Below are positions 49,333 to 62,846 of a stretch of 64,000 bases of DNA, piece by piece. The notes beneath the pieces are model-generated. The model did no database searches. It was given only the letters and a program-made list of their open reading frames with translations, and was not told where the DNA came from. Numbering within the stretch: the stretch's first letter is position 1; each line of letters begins with the position of its first letter. Both the position numbers and the translations under genes were made by a program. This DNA comes from Protoeuglena noctilucae (taxonomy: Eukaryota): NCBI GenBank assembly GCA_958009085.1, contig OY253679.1, positions 496,001-560,000 on the forward strand, written 5' to 3'.

Positions 49333-50216
49333 GCATTGCCCGGAAGTCCTCACGCGCAGTAGCATGTTACATTCTCACCGAAGAGCATGGAGAGGGCGCC
49401 CCACAGGGGAGGAGCCGGCTCCACTAAAGACTCTGGGACGCTCGCATCCCGATGCGCTCCGTGATCCGGCCATAATGCAGCTACTAAAGTCGATGTACTT
49501 GAATCGGAACACCGACTGGCACGAGCAGCCCATCTGAGGGGGCCAGGACCCGCCACGTGGAGCCCTCCCCGCGCGCTGGGACCGGTGCTGCGTCCGGCCG
49601 CATCGCGACGGCGCACCAGACCCTGGTTGACTTCGTCGTCAACAAAGGCGCAACTTGAGCCCGCAGGAGACTGCAAGTAGCCGGCGAGTTGCATGCGCAC
49701 TGCCGGCAACCACTGCCACCGCGTCCCCCTCCGAGCCGGATGGCTGAAATCCAGTGAGAATGTTGGTATGGCCTCTTGCGATAACCATGACTCCAAAGCA
49801 CAAGGTTTGGAGCGCGGTGCTGCATTCTCTAGAGGGTGGCTGACACCCCTCTGGCACCAACGAGCGCCCGTCTTGCATCCCGGGGCCATCTGAGCCTGTC
49901 AGCTGGCCAGCATTGTTATTTGTGTCGGTCTCTGCCGCGCATTGGTGCCCGCGTCTCTTTGGCAGCGCAGATTCGGCAGCGCCTTCCGGGCCTCGGAACT
50001 GCCGGTCGGGGACATGGCCTCGCGGCTGGTGGAGACCCTCGGTATGCTGGGGTTCGTGGCTGCCTGGGGCAGGGACGGCTCGCTGAGCCTGGTCCTGAGC
50101 GACCGGATCATGGCTGGCCTGGTCGGGGCGAGCCTGGTGACGACACGCTCGACGCAGGGCTCGCCGGCCTTGATCGCGCCGCGCTCGAGCTTGTGGGAGC
50201 TTTGGCAGCGCATCCG

Positions 50217-53097
50217 ATGGCCGAGATCCCGCCTCTGTCGCAGGCGCTCGCGTGTGCCGCGGTCGTGTATGTCGTCAGCCTCGCTCTCTCCTGGGAGGGC
50301 TTCACGCCCGACATCTCCGCCTCCGTGCCCATGGTGCGAGCAATTCGATCCCATCGCGCGCCAGCGGGAGTCACATTCGTGGCTTGCGGACCGTGTTCCT
50401 GTCTCTCTGACCTGGCCAGTGCATCTGGGACCATCTCGCTCCGACTGCCGAGCCATGCCATCGTCTTCGCGCACAGACGCTGGAAGAGAAGGAGGACGTG
50501 ATTGAGGTCGAGCGCTACGACCCGCAGAAGCACAACCGGCCTGGGAGCGTGCCGTGCTATGACCCCTCGACCATGGGCTTCCTCGGCTACGTGCCGGCTA
50601 TGACGCGCGAGGAGGTCGTCGCCGCTATCGACCGGGCCCGGGCCGCGCAGGAGGTCTGGCAGCACTCCACCTTCGCTGAGAGGTGAGGGGGCCATACGTC
50701 GTGCCAGGTACCCCCTCATGCATGCCGAAGTGGGGGGTGCCCAGCCGCGCCTGCCCCGCCGTGCCGCGCAGGAGGAAGTTCCTGAAGGTGCTCCAGAAGT
50801 ACATCCTCACGCACCAGGCCGACATTTGCCGTGTCGCGTCTCGGGACTCCGGCAAGGTGTGGGAAGCAGCAGCGACAGCATGGGGGGTCATGACCCTGGA
50901 GCGTCAAAGCATTCGCTTGCTTAATGCCCACGCTCGCTTGCCTGAGTGCCCGCAGCCGGCGGTGGACGCGGCCTTTGGCGAGATCCTGGTCACGTGTGAG
51001 AAGATCGCCTGGCTGCTGGGCGAGGGCGAGCGGTGGCTGCTGCCGGAGAAGCGGTCGGCTGGCAAAATGATGTTCTACAAGGTGAGAACTCCCTCGCTGC
51101 CTTGTTCTTGGAATCGTCACGTGGGGGCGGATACCATCACCGTCGCAGTCAGGCAATGCCGGGACCTGCTTTTGACTCTCGCAGTCGGCGCGTGTCGAGT
51201 ACCACCCCTACGGCGTCATCGGTGCCATCGTGCCCTTCAACTACCCCTTCCACAACGTCTTCAACCCCCTCACGGCCGCCGTGTTTGCCGGCAACGCCAT
51301 CGTCATCAAGGTCTCGGAGCACGCCTCGTGGAGCACCCAGTACTACATGCGCATCATCAGCGCCGCGCTGGAGGCGTGCGGCGCCCCCGAGGGCCTCGTG
51401 CAGATCGTCACGGGGTACGGGGACGCGGGGAACGCCCTGGTGACGGGCGGCGTGGACAAGGTCATCTTTGTCGGGTCCACCGTCGTGGGGAGGAAGGTCA
51501 TGGAGGCTGCCTCCGCCAACTTGGTGAGGCGCAGGCTGAGCTGCTTGACTGCTGTTGGAAGCCCAGCCCATGCGCAGCTGGGTATGAGGAGCTGTCATGT
51601 GCATGACCTGCCAGTGGAGACCCTTGGCTCGGTCTGTTGCCAATTTGTCCATGGGGTGATTATCGTCGGACGCCCTCTTTTGCAGACCCCCGTGGTGATG
51701 GAGCTGGGCGGGAAGGACCCCTTCATCGTCTGCGATGACGCCGACTACGACCAGGCCCTCTCGACCGGTCTGCGGGGCGCCTTCCAGTCGTGCGGCCAGA
51801 ACTGCACCGGGGCCGAGCGCTTCTTCATCCACAGCAAGCACTACGAGGCGAGGGCCGCTGCGACGTGTTGCGATGCCGAAGGCTTGGTGGGGCCAGCTGG
51901 GCCTGCGTGGGGCAGGGTAGGGACCCGATGCCACACAGTGGGCCTTTTGCTCATGTGCACACGGACCAGCCGCGATATCTCGACTTGGTCTCTGAGCCAC
52001 GTCGTCGACCCGTCACGCGACCTCAGCACCCTGAGCCCCTGCCGCAGAGGTGGCTGGCGGACGCAGGGAAGGTGGCCCGCGGCATGCGGCAGGGCTCGCC
52101 GCTGGGAGGCGGGACGGTGGATGCCGGCGCGATGTGTCTGCCGGGCCTGGCCCAGAAGATCCAGGGACTGGTGGACGACGCGGTGGCCAAGGGGGCGCGG
52201 GTGGTGGCGGGCGGGGTTCTCCCGCAGGGGACCACGGGCATGTTCTACCCGCCCACCGTCATCACGAACGTGGACCGCAGCATGATGATTTGGCACGAGG
52301 AGACGTTTGGCCCGGTCATGATTGTGGTGCGAGGCCGCCCGGGCATGGGCCACGCGCCTCGCCCCCACATGCACCCAGGCTCCATTACGAGGATGCTCGT
52401 GTGTGCTGTTCGGTTGATTGCTGGTTATTGTTGCTGGTGTCTGCCCCGCAGGTGTCGTGGGAGGACGACGACGAGGTGGTGCAGCTGGCCAACGACTGCC
52501 CCTTCGGCCTGGGCAGCAGCGTGTTCAGCAACAGCAAGCGCCGGGCCGTGGCCATCGCCGAGCGCTTGGAGGTGGGCATGAGCGCCATCAACGACTTCGC
52601 CACCACCTACATGTGCCAGTCGCTGCCGTTTGGCGGGGTCAAGCTCTCGGGCTTTGACCGCTTCGCCGGGGTCGAGGGCCTGCGCGGCATGTGCATCCCC
52701 AAGGCGAGCGGGATGCACACAATAAACACGCTTGCCACGGCTTGCGCATGTGGCGCGCAGAGACACCGAGAGTCCCATGCGTTATGGGTCAGTGTGCTTG
52801 GCCGCAGGCGGTGTGCGAGGACAAGTACCCGCTCATGAAGACCACCATCCCTCCGCCGCTTCGCTATCCCGTGGCCGACAACGCCTTCCATTTTGTCGAG
52901 GCCCTGGTGCGTCGCGGCGGTGCTGCTGGCGGCGCGTTCGTGCTGCGGCATGTCGTCGCGTTACAGCCATCACAGCCCCCCACATGCAGGTGCGCATGTT
53001 CTACGGACTCAACATGCTGCAGCAGGCTCAGGGCCTCTTCAGCCTCGCGGGTGTCTTTTTGCTGCCCAAGCCCAAGGCTGCGAAGAAGCACGAGTAG
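50217..53097 (+). CDS. ALDH22A1: Aldehyde dehydrogenase family 22 with N-terminal membrane anchor
   Basis: [98 protein letters not shown]. Confidence 0.93.
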
Positions 53098-53487
53098 CCC
53101 TCCCGTAGCTCGGATACTGCTTGAAGAAGTGCTACGCGACTGCATGATGGGCTCAGCGATGTCCAGCGGCTTCTGCCTCGACGCCGCGGGCCTTCCCGCC
53201 ACCTGACACAAACCTGTCTGTCACGCCGTATCGCGACGACGGGTACGTCTCCCTCCGCGACATCCTTCGTCCAAGACAACTGACATTGAAAACAACGTAA
53301 CTCGCTTGCGCTTAGAGGGCAAGCACGCTGCCCACACACATACCCTTCCACACGGACTCTCGCCGGCCTTTTATATCATTTCTTCCTCGCGCCGCTGCGT
53401 CCTTGCTGTCATCATTGCGCTGGGTCCGTGACGGGGGACCGCATGCGAAGGGCTGCGGTGGGATGATTGGCAGGACAATTTGCGAGG

Positions 53488-56400
53488 ATGGTCCGGATAG
53501 CGCTTGCGCTTGACAGGTAGCCCTTCACGCGCGTGGGCGAGTCACGGCGCACGTTCGTGTCATGCCTAGCTGGTCAAGGGACTCGCACCTGCCACCACGC
53601 GCTCCCCGTCGCCTTCCCGCTTGCAGCGCGTGCGCCTCCAGCCCCGAGTCGCATGCGGAGGCCATCCAGGCGGTATGCAAGCTCATCTCATTCGTGCGAC
53701 GGGAGTTTCCCTCCGCGCTAGGTAAGGCGCCATTCCGCCGCACGCACGGGCGGCGGAAGCCGCCCGAACAGAGGCCTTGCCATTCGCCCCTCGCGGCGCG
53801 CGAGCAGCCCGGTCCGCTCCTCCGTCGCAGTGTCCGTGCACACGAATGCAAGGTTGGTACACGGCGAGTGGCCCGCCGACCCCACGTTGCTGCGGGACTT
53901 TCAGGAGGTCACGACATGGACCACGCTGTCCGCGCTGCAGGCCCTGCAGTCCTGCTTTGCCGCCCACAACCACGCGGCTGGACCAGGTGCCGGTCGCTCT
54001 CGGTCTGCCATGCATGGCTTCGCTGACATGTTCAGGCCTCAACGCGCACATAGCCCCATGCCGTAGGGGCACGTGTGTGAACCACGCCACGCCATCGTAT
54101 CGCCCGCAGGGAGCCCGGGGTCCGCGGGCCGCTCCCTTCGCGCCACGCCTTCCCGTCTGGCAGCTTCAGGGGCATGGTCCCTGCTCAACACGGTGATGGA
54201 CAGGCTGCGTGAGAGCAACACCCAGGACGCTTGCCTGGTGGTGCTGTGCACAGCGCTGGCCTCATCAGCACCCGCGAGCAAGGAGGACTCGATCGCCAAG
54301 TGTGTCTCACGGGCAGCGACGAAGCTCAAGGCCACCGGGGGGGCGCTGCTGCTGGTGGACACCTCAGCGCCACGGTGAGCAGGGGTGGAGGCTCGCCTGC
54401 GCCTGCCTTGTCCGGCAGTTGAGCCCCAGTCGGGTTTTCAGCCCTCCCACTGACACGTACTTCTGCTGCAGGGTTCTCCCTGGAGTACGCTCCCCTGAGT
54501 CGCTGACCTTCCCCGAACCCCACGCGAGCTGGCTGGACCGCTACGCTGTGGTGGTGTCCTCAGGTGGGTGCGAGCCTTGTCGGTCAGCGTCACTTGCATT
54601 GTGACCAGCGTGTCTGTGATGCAGCCTGACTGAGTCCCTCAGCCATGCTGCCCTGTGCCTCGTCAGCAGACATGTTTGGATGGCTGATTGGGCCGCCGCT
54701 GGGTTTGCCCGCAGTCCGGCTGAACCAGAGCGACGCATGCCTGCCATGGATGCACATCGTCCGCGACATCCTCAAAGCCGCGCGCTCCGGGGCGCCGCTC
54801 CCGTCAGTGCCTGAAGAGCACGTGCATACGCGCCGAGTGGTGATGCACCTGGTGAGGCGCGCGAGGGCGGATGTCATGGATTGAGTCATGCATGACTCAC
54901 GGAGAGGGTGCCAGACACGCAGACCAATGGCTACCATCGCGTCACTGATGGGACATACTAGCTGTATATGCAGCCCCAGATGTCTAGCCCCACCCGCTGT
55001 GTGTCCTGCAGGGCTCAAAGGATGACTCGCGCCTGCTGGGGCTCCTCCACATACCACGTGAGGGCGCGGAAGCGACCCAAAGCGGCGCCCCCAAGAGCGG
55101 AGCGCGGACGGGTGCGTGGAGTGGCGGGCCTGGTTCTCAAGCCCTTGACGGTGGTGACGAGGCAGAGACGATGCCCCCCACATGCCCCGAGCAGCAGCAG
55201 CGGGGACCTTCCGACCCAGTTCGGCTGCCCGGCGATGCGCTGTGCGTCAGGGGCGTGGTTCCGCTTGCGTCCATGCGAGGGGCTTGCGATGCAGCTGCCC
55301 TGGACCCATCTGCCCAGTTCCCAGCCATTGCCACGGGGCCCATGGCCGCCCGCGAGGGGCACACGCAGCATGAAAGCGTGGTGCCGAGTTCCCGGGGCCT
55401 TCCGGAATTGCTGCGGCACCTGGTGGCTGCCAACTGTGGGGCGGTGGTCGCGTGCATGGACAGTGACACGCTGTGGCTGCTGGAGCCCCTGTCGCCCACG
55501 CACCCCACGGCTCTCCTCACGCGACTGTGGTACCTGCCGGACTCCCTGGAGCCGCTGCCCTCGATGGCGCCGGACCTCGCCCAGGGGCAGGCACGGTCTT
55601 TGGAGCACCGCGCGGTGCGCCAGGCCTGCCAGGCAACCCCAGGTGCGCCAGCGGCCAGCGGTGCGCAGGTGCAGGGGGCGCTGAGGGAGCTGGCCGCGCG
55701 GGTGCTGCAGGACGCGTCGGAGCACCCGGCGTGCCGGGTGGTCGACCCCCTCGGGGCGCACCCCTGGGCCCTGGGCGGGCAGGGCGCCACGGCGCGCCAA
55801 CGGTGCGTGGCGTTGGCGGGGGTCGGAGCGAGTGGCGGCGGAGCTGGAGTCGGGCGGACCCCCAGCGCGGGAGTGCGGGTGGCAGACCCCGTGACCCCCG
55901 CGACGGCGCTGCTCCCACCGACCCCGGGCGGAGAGGCGCTGCGTCCCACGGAGGTCGTCAAGGGCGTTACCGTCGCTCCGCCGGCGTTTCTAAATGACGA
56001 GGCAGTCGATGCGCTGGTGGAGGAACAGCGGGAGGCGTTGAGGGCCATGCGAGAGAGGTGAGGACAGAACGTGACATGGGTCAGTTGGGTGACACTGCAG
56101 ATGTAGACAGCAGAAGAAGAGTGCATCATAGCGCACATCGTCGTCCTGCCTCGCAGGCACAAGAAGGAGGCAGTGCTGGAGGCGGTGCTGGCGGAAGCGT
56201 CCCAACACGCACCCCCAGGCACGGACCGCAAGCGCCGGGCGGCTGGAGTGCTGCTGGCGCTGGCAACGTGCGTGTCCCGGCGCGCCAGGAACGCTTGCAA
56301 CGACATCCTGGCGGGGATGAGGTCGGCGGCGAGCTACGTGGTGCCCGGGGTGATGGAGCGCATCGCCGGCGAGGAGCGCGCCGGCAGCGAGGGGCGACGG

Positions 56401-59400
56401 GTGGCGGATGTGCTGGGGCAGGGCGCAGCGATGCAGGCGCTGACGAGGATCAAGACAGAGCTGGGCTCTCGGGGCGCGGGGGCCGTGCGGGATGCCTACC
56501 TTGCTCTGGCGGCCGCGTGCCTCGAGGCGGTGGCGTGGGCAGTGGCAGCCGAGGGCGCCGGTGGAGATGCGGCACGGAAAGGCCGGGGCAAGGGTCGCCG
56601 AGCGATGGCCCACCTTCAGCTCGTGGAGCTTGTGATGCAGAAGGTCCGCCTGTCGGTGCTCAGCGGAGGGGCCGGCAGCGGGCACGCGGTCAACGACTTT
56701 GCGTCTGCGTTTGAGGGCCTCTGCGGGGCGTACCGCGACCGGGGCTTGGCTCGCCTGGTGGAGCGGCTCCAGAAGGACATGGTGGGGACTGGGGAACGGG
56801 AGATGGAGCAGGATGGGCTGGCGGGGACGTTTGCAATCGCGGACGACGCGGGTGACCCGGGTTCCAGCGGAGAGAACGACCCGGATGTCACCAACGGGCC
56901 TGCTCCTGAGGGCCGGGTGAGCATGGGTGTCGGTTGCGCCCGTGGGCTGAGATGGGCAGCGTCTGCGTATTCGCATCGGTGCACTGCCTTTTGCACTGCC
57001 TTTTCTCAACTCCCCTGCCTGTGTCTCTGCTGCAGGGCGCCCCGGCCGCAGCCACGCTCAGCGACGGCGAATGCCACAGCGCCTGCAAAGGCAAGGGCGG
57101 CGCGCCTGCCGCCCCAGCCCCGGCCCAGCGCACCCGCCAACAGGGCAAGGGCGCGGCGAGGGCGGGTGGCGCGGCCGCGGAGCTGGAAGCGGCCAAGTTC
57201 AAGAAGCGGCGGGGGTTCCGAACGCGAATGGTGCTTCGGACGGTGCAAGCGGGCGCGGCGGGGGACAACGCGGCTGGCCCGCGCAGGGCCGGGCCGCGTG
57301 GAGAGGACGGGCAGGGGCAGGGGCAGGCGACGGGCGAGGGAGGGTCCGGGTCGTCATCAGAAGACGAGCCGGGTGGCTTCATGGACGCGGGGCGGGCGGC
57401 ACGGATGCGTGGCGCCGGTGCGGGTCCGGGCGCGGGTGCGGACGCAGGGGCCCCGCCGGCCGCAGGGCAGGTGCCCCGAACGCCCACTGGTGGGGCGCGT
57501 GCCAGGCGGGCCCGGGTGGCGTGGCTGAGGTCCGAGGACTCTGCATCGGATCTCGAGGGGTCCGGCACGGTGGTGGGGGCGACGCCGGAGATGCCCGGGC
57601 GGTGGGGTGCAGGCCGTGACTTGGCTGAAGGGTGGGGTGCTGCAGAAGGGCTCGGGGCTGGCGGTCACCGCCTGGACTTTGACGCTGTGGCTGGGATGGG
57701 GCCGGACGACGACGTCAGTCGGGGGTGGAGCGGGGGCGAGGCTGGGATGCGGGCAGAGGGTGGCGAGGAGCGTGGGGCGCGAGGCGGTGCGGTGGGTGCG
57801 CTCAGCGGGTCCGCTGAGGTCGGCGGTGACGAGGTGGCCAGCGACTGCGCCCAGAGATGTGGCGACGTGGGCGGCGGGGAGTCGTCTTCGGGCATCGATG
57901 CGCCGTGGGACGCGGCAGATTGTGGCTGGGAGCGGGGGGCTGACGGGGGTGTGCTGGGAGACGAGGCGCTGGGACATGGGGGTGTTGTGGGGTTCGACCT
58001 GGATGGGGAGGAGTCGCATGGGGCAGCCCCAGGGACGGGTGAAGCGGGACCGACGGGTTCCGACACGCCTTGTGAGGGTGCCCGAGATGCGGAGGCCGGT
58101 GGTGATGGGCAGACGGACGGCGGGGATGGGGCTGGGCAGGCGGCGCCGACGGCCCTTCCCGATCCACTGACAGAAGCTGAGACAAAGAGGCTCAGGAAAT
58201 GGGCTCTGTCTGTCGTGGCAGGCTTCCGCAGGCTACGTAACTCCAGCTACTTTAGTGCAGCTTTCCAGCTTTTCTTGAGCATCAAATTTGGATGCGAGCA
58301 GTGTGGGCATTCACCCCTGGGATGCCAGGCATGCCATGCCGCCTGCATGGGGTGCGGGAAGTGTCGATACATGGGCTGCCCGGGGTGCTTTTTGGGCGTC
58401 CTTCTGGCCCTGTACTACCGCGGCTTGGACGTGACGCCGGAAGTGGAGGCTTTTGGCAAGAGCCGGGGCTTTGAGCCATGGCCCCCCCGGCCAGCAGCTC
58501 CGGTGGAGCTGGGCCAGGCCGCAACTGGGGTGGCATTGGCAGAGGGGGCAAGGGCTGAGGCTGGCCGGGAGAGGAGTGGGGCTGTGGTGGCATCGGTGGA
58601 GGGGGCGAGGGCTGACCCTGACAGGGAGGGTCATGTGGGACTGACGGGGGCAGGAGAGGCAGTATCGGCGGGGGCAAACACTGGAGAGGGCGTGGTTGGC
58701 GATGAAGGGCCGGGTAGGGGCGCGGGCACAGTCGGCGGGGGAGTGATGGGGCAGGAGAGCGGGGCGGTGTGGGGAGGAGACATGGAGATGTATGGCGGGG
58801 CGTCTTTGGCAGAGGGGTGCGAGGGGCTGGAGTGGGGTGGAGGGGGCGAGGCCATGGCAGCCGGGGTGTCCCAGCCCGGGGCCTTAGTCGCATTCTCGGA
58901 GCATGCCGAGGGTGGCCCCTCTCGCGTGGTCCCTGGCCCTGCCTCGCCACTGCAGGGCGCCCCAGCAGGCGCACGCGAGAGCGTCTCCCTCAACGCCTCT
59001 GGTCCGGATGGAGAGGCCGGTGTCACGGGCAGGGCGACCACGGCCTGTGCGTCGGTGAACCTCCCTCCAACGGCGGACAGCGCAGGCGACGGGCGCGCAT
59101 CGCCGGGCACGCAAACCTCGACTGCGACCTCGCCCGCCAGCTCCGGCAGTCGGTCCGAGGCAGGAGAGGATGCCAGCGACGCGGAGGGGCCGGCCGCGAG
59201 TGAGGTGTCGCCCACTGTGTGGGGGTCGGTGCAGGCGCAGGCACCTGGGGCACAGGTGCCAGATGGGACCGTCGCCGAGACGCCTGGCGGGTGCCAGGAC
59301 CGGCGATGCGAGGCCCCTCATGTAGCTGGGGCCGCGGGCTGCTGTGGCGCATCCGATGCAGGGCACGCCCACCAGCAGGCACTGCCAGCACCGGCTGTCC

Positions 59401-60569
59401 CGGGCCCTGAGATCATCGCGGACCATAAGGCGCTGAAGGCGTGGGCCATGCACGTTACGAACGGTTACGAGGCCTTTTGCACACCAGGAACACTGATTCA
59501 GGCCATCGCGAACATCAAGCGCGTCAAGTTGGGGTGCAACCAATGCAATGGTTCGCGCCTCGGTTGCCCTGCATGCCGCAAGCTAAATTTCGGGCGCCCC
59601 ATGTGCCCGCGATGCCGCATAGGAGACAAGTGTTGCCGGTCGTGTTTCCTGGCGGTGCTGCTGTCCCTTTACCTCCGTGGCTCAGACGTGACACCGGATG
59701 TGGCAGAAGTGGGCAAGGGTCGCTATGAGCCGTGGCCGCCTCGGCCGGCAGCTGTCAGCGGGGTCAGCTGTGGCGCAGAGGTCGGGGGCACGGCGGTGAG
59801 GGCGGGGCGGCAGACGGGGGCAGGGGAGGGCCCCATGCAGGGTGGCGTGGCGGGGCCCACGGGGCTGGCGGACTCTGGCACGCCACAGAGGGCAAGCGGG
59901 CGTGGGGAGAAGCGAGAGGGGGCGGTGGCTGCGCGTGGGCGGGGGAAACGGGAGCGTGAGCAGGGGCATGACGCGGGGGCGGCCACGCGTGCACGGGTCA
60001 CGCGTGCAAAGGCCGGGCCTGAGGCAGGGCCCGCTCCCACGGGAGAGGAGGGGTCGGAGCCCCATGCCCGGGGGAAGCGGGGGACATCGTCTGCGCCGGG
60101 TGCCGGCCAGGTCAAACGCGCTCGCCTGGCGCCCCGGGATGGGTCAGAGGTCCACACCGGCGACGGTGCCACTCGACGGGCCCCGAAGCGCGCGGCTGGA
60201 GCCGTGGCTAACGCCGCTCTCGCCATGCACAGCGCGAGGGCCAATGGCGACATGCTGCGGGGTCTGGCAGAGAGCCTCGCCAGTGGCCACCCGCAGTTCC
60301 AGACCCCCAGCGTCATCAGCGACGCGTTGGCGCATTATCCCCGCGTCCAGCTGGGCTGCTTTAAGTGCCGGACGAACGATGGCTGCTCCAGCTGCCAGAT
60401 GGCCTCCCTCGGCTGCAGCAAGTGCCGGCACACGTCGTGCCGTTCGTGCCTCCTCGCCGTGCTGCTGACGCTGCTGGTGCGGGAGGGGACGCCCTCTGCA
60501 GCACTCGGCGAGCACGCTACGAAGACGTACGGCACGTGGCCGATGCAGGGCGCCGCTGGGCCCTCTTGA
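53488..60569 (+). CDS. Large protein, probably Treslin/TICRR-like at the N-terminus, with a disordered C-terminal half carrying three 8-Cys repeats
   Basis: Starts MVRIALALD (vWA-like first strand as in Treslin); helical block VRDAYLALAAACLE..QLVELVMQKVRL..GG..F..YRDRGLARLVERLQKDM resembles the Sld3/Treslin domain; phase-0 splice (~56914 to ~57035) joins it to the large terminal exon. Gene is well supported, family call is tentative. Confidence 0.55.
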
Positions 60570-60796
60570 GCGGTGTTTGTGGGCGCTCTTTAGTAGAGTG
60601 GCGTGTGGCAGCGAGCGGGCTGCCAGCAGATGTGTGACGTTCTTTGTCTTCGAAGTAGAGCGCGCGTCGCAAGGCACCTAGATAGCGAGAATTGCTCTCA
60701 ATAGCAAGTGATTGAAGCCAACGAACAGAACATGTCATCTCTGCCTTTGCTCAGCGGGCCTCCCACCGCTGCCCTACCACCTCCGCGCCCCTCACT

Positions 60797-62527
60797 TCAC
60801 TTCGCCTTCGGCGCCCAGTGCTTCTTGTCCACGTCCTCCAGCGACTTGCCCCGGATCAACCACAGCCGCTCCGCCCGCTGCTGCAACGTGCCCCCGCTCT
60901 TCAGCCCCCGCGTAGCCAACTCCCGCTTCAGCCTCTCCAAGCCCAGCGCCTCCAACTCCGCCGCAGTGCCATAGTCCTCCAATTTTGCCAGGGCTTCCTC
61001 CGCAGCGGAACCCTCGTGTGACCCACGCAGCGCATCGGCACCGCCCGCCGCCCCGCTGCCCTCCGGCCGGCCGGTCTCCCCCACACCCGCTTCGCTGCTC
61101 GCACCAGCACCGTCGGCTCCGCTCCGTGCAAAAGACGCACTGTCGCCCGACCCTGCTGCCGGCGACCCCTCCGATGGGCTCACGTGCGCCGCCCCCGCCG
61201 CCGGCCCCGCACCGCCCTCCTCGCTGCTCCCCCGGGCACCCTCGCCACCCTCCTCGCCGCTCCCCGCCGCGGCGCCAGATGACTCCGTGTCACTGCCCGA
61301 CCCGTCCTCGTCGGATGAGTCTGACAGCTCCTCTGGCAGCATGCGGAGGCGCTTGGCCGCCAACTTCTCCAGCTCGCGCGTGCGCTTGCGCTTCGCCTGC
61401 GAGCGTGCGCAGAAGACACAGGTTGCGGGCAGCTGCGCCACGCGGCTGGACCTTCCCTGGCACATGGCACGTCCGCGAGACCCAGCGTCGGCACCAGCCG
61501 CTCACCCGGGCCTCGGCATCCAGGACCTGGGCAGCCCGCAGTCCCTGCAGAAAGGGCGTAGCGCGCGGGATCTCAGGTATACGCCACGGGCAACATCGCA
61601 CGCCCTGTTCGCGCCATCGCGCCCCACTCACCTCCGTGACCTTCACTGGTAAGTCGCCAATGGCCTCCTCTGCTCGCTTACGGGCCAGCTCCCTCGCCTG
61701 CAGGCACCAAAGCGTCGATGTGAGCTCCGCCGCATGGCTGTGTGGGAAACCAGGGCCACAGCCATTGTGTGGGTGCAAGCAGGCCACCCGTCGCACCTCG
61801 TCCAGCTCCCTCTCCATCTCCCGCTGCCGCTCCTCCTTGCGGCGCTCCTTCTCCTGCAACAACTCCGCCTGTCGCTGCTGGTGCTCGTCCTTCCACTTCC
61901 TGCGGGGAAGAGATGCGAAACGACTTCGACGCATGGGAACCGAGACGCCTAGGTGCCTGAGCCCCGCACGCGAAACGGGCGCCGCTAAAAGCACGCACCT
62001 GACTTTCTCTTCCGCCTCTACCTCTCGAATTCGGCGGCCGGAGAGGTCGCGCATCGAGTCCTGGTTGGAGACGCGAGCTGCGACCTTGCCGCCCATACGC
62101 AGAAGGGTCCCGAACCCGCCCTTCCCGCCTTGCAGGGGAAGCAGGAAGTCCACCGCATACCTGCGCAGTTGCGTCACGACGATTGAGAGCGCGAAGGGCC
62201 TCCTCGCCGCGGCATTCGCCCCGCAGGCACCCTTTCTTCCTCACCCGTCACGAACGCCATGTGCGAGGAGCGTGGCGGAGCCCTCGAGCGTCCTGCCCCC
62301 CACCGTCAAGAACGATGAGCCATCGTGGATCCCAAGCGCATCCTGCGTGGGGCGGCGCGCGGGTTCTGTGCTTCTGCGGGCCCGCAACCCTCGGCACAAG
62401 CGTTGGCGCCCTGCGTTGCGTCCCCAACGTTGCGCACCTCCACAGCACGCTTGGCTTCCTCCACCGTGTACGTGAGGGGCACAGGGACGGCCCGGTGGCC
62501 CCCGAGCCGGACGAACGCGGCGGCCAT
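60797..62527 (-). CDS. SDE2: SDE2 (ubiquitin-like N-terminus, GGKGG cleavage motif, C-terminal SAP-like domain)
   Basis: LPLQGGKGGFGTLLR..NQDSMRDLSGRRIREV; C-term LEALGLERLKRELATRGLKSGGTLQQRAERLW. Confidence 0.93.
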
Positions 62528-62846
62528 GGCTCCGCGTGTCGCAAACCACAGCAGCGGCGAATACCCCGTGTCAATAGGGTGCAAGAGGGGGCTGGCGCAG
62601 TAACAGCAGTGCCCAAGCACCCCCCGCTTTGAACGGCACGCTGTCTGGGCACAGTCAGGAGGGCCTGGGTCAGGGGGCGGCGTCAGAGGCCATCCCAGGC
62701 CTCTGCCACGAACGGGGTCGGTCGACAGCATCCGTTTCCGATCCCACTTGCGACGTCATTGCCCACGGAGCTGCTGGTTACGCTGCTGATCCCTAGCTGC
62801 GTCTGTCGAGAGGTTTCAGCCCGTTCTCGCCCTCGCGCGCGACACG

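Noticed and set aside
49364..49900. Short ORFs between the PBP and ALDH22 genes
   Set aside because: No recognisable motif; may be UTR/promoter or an unresolved first PBP exon.
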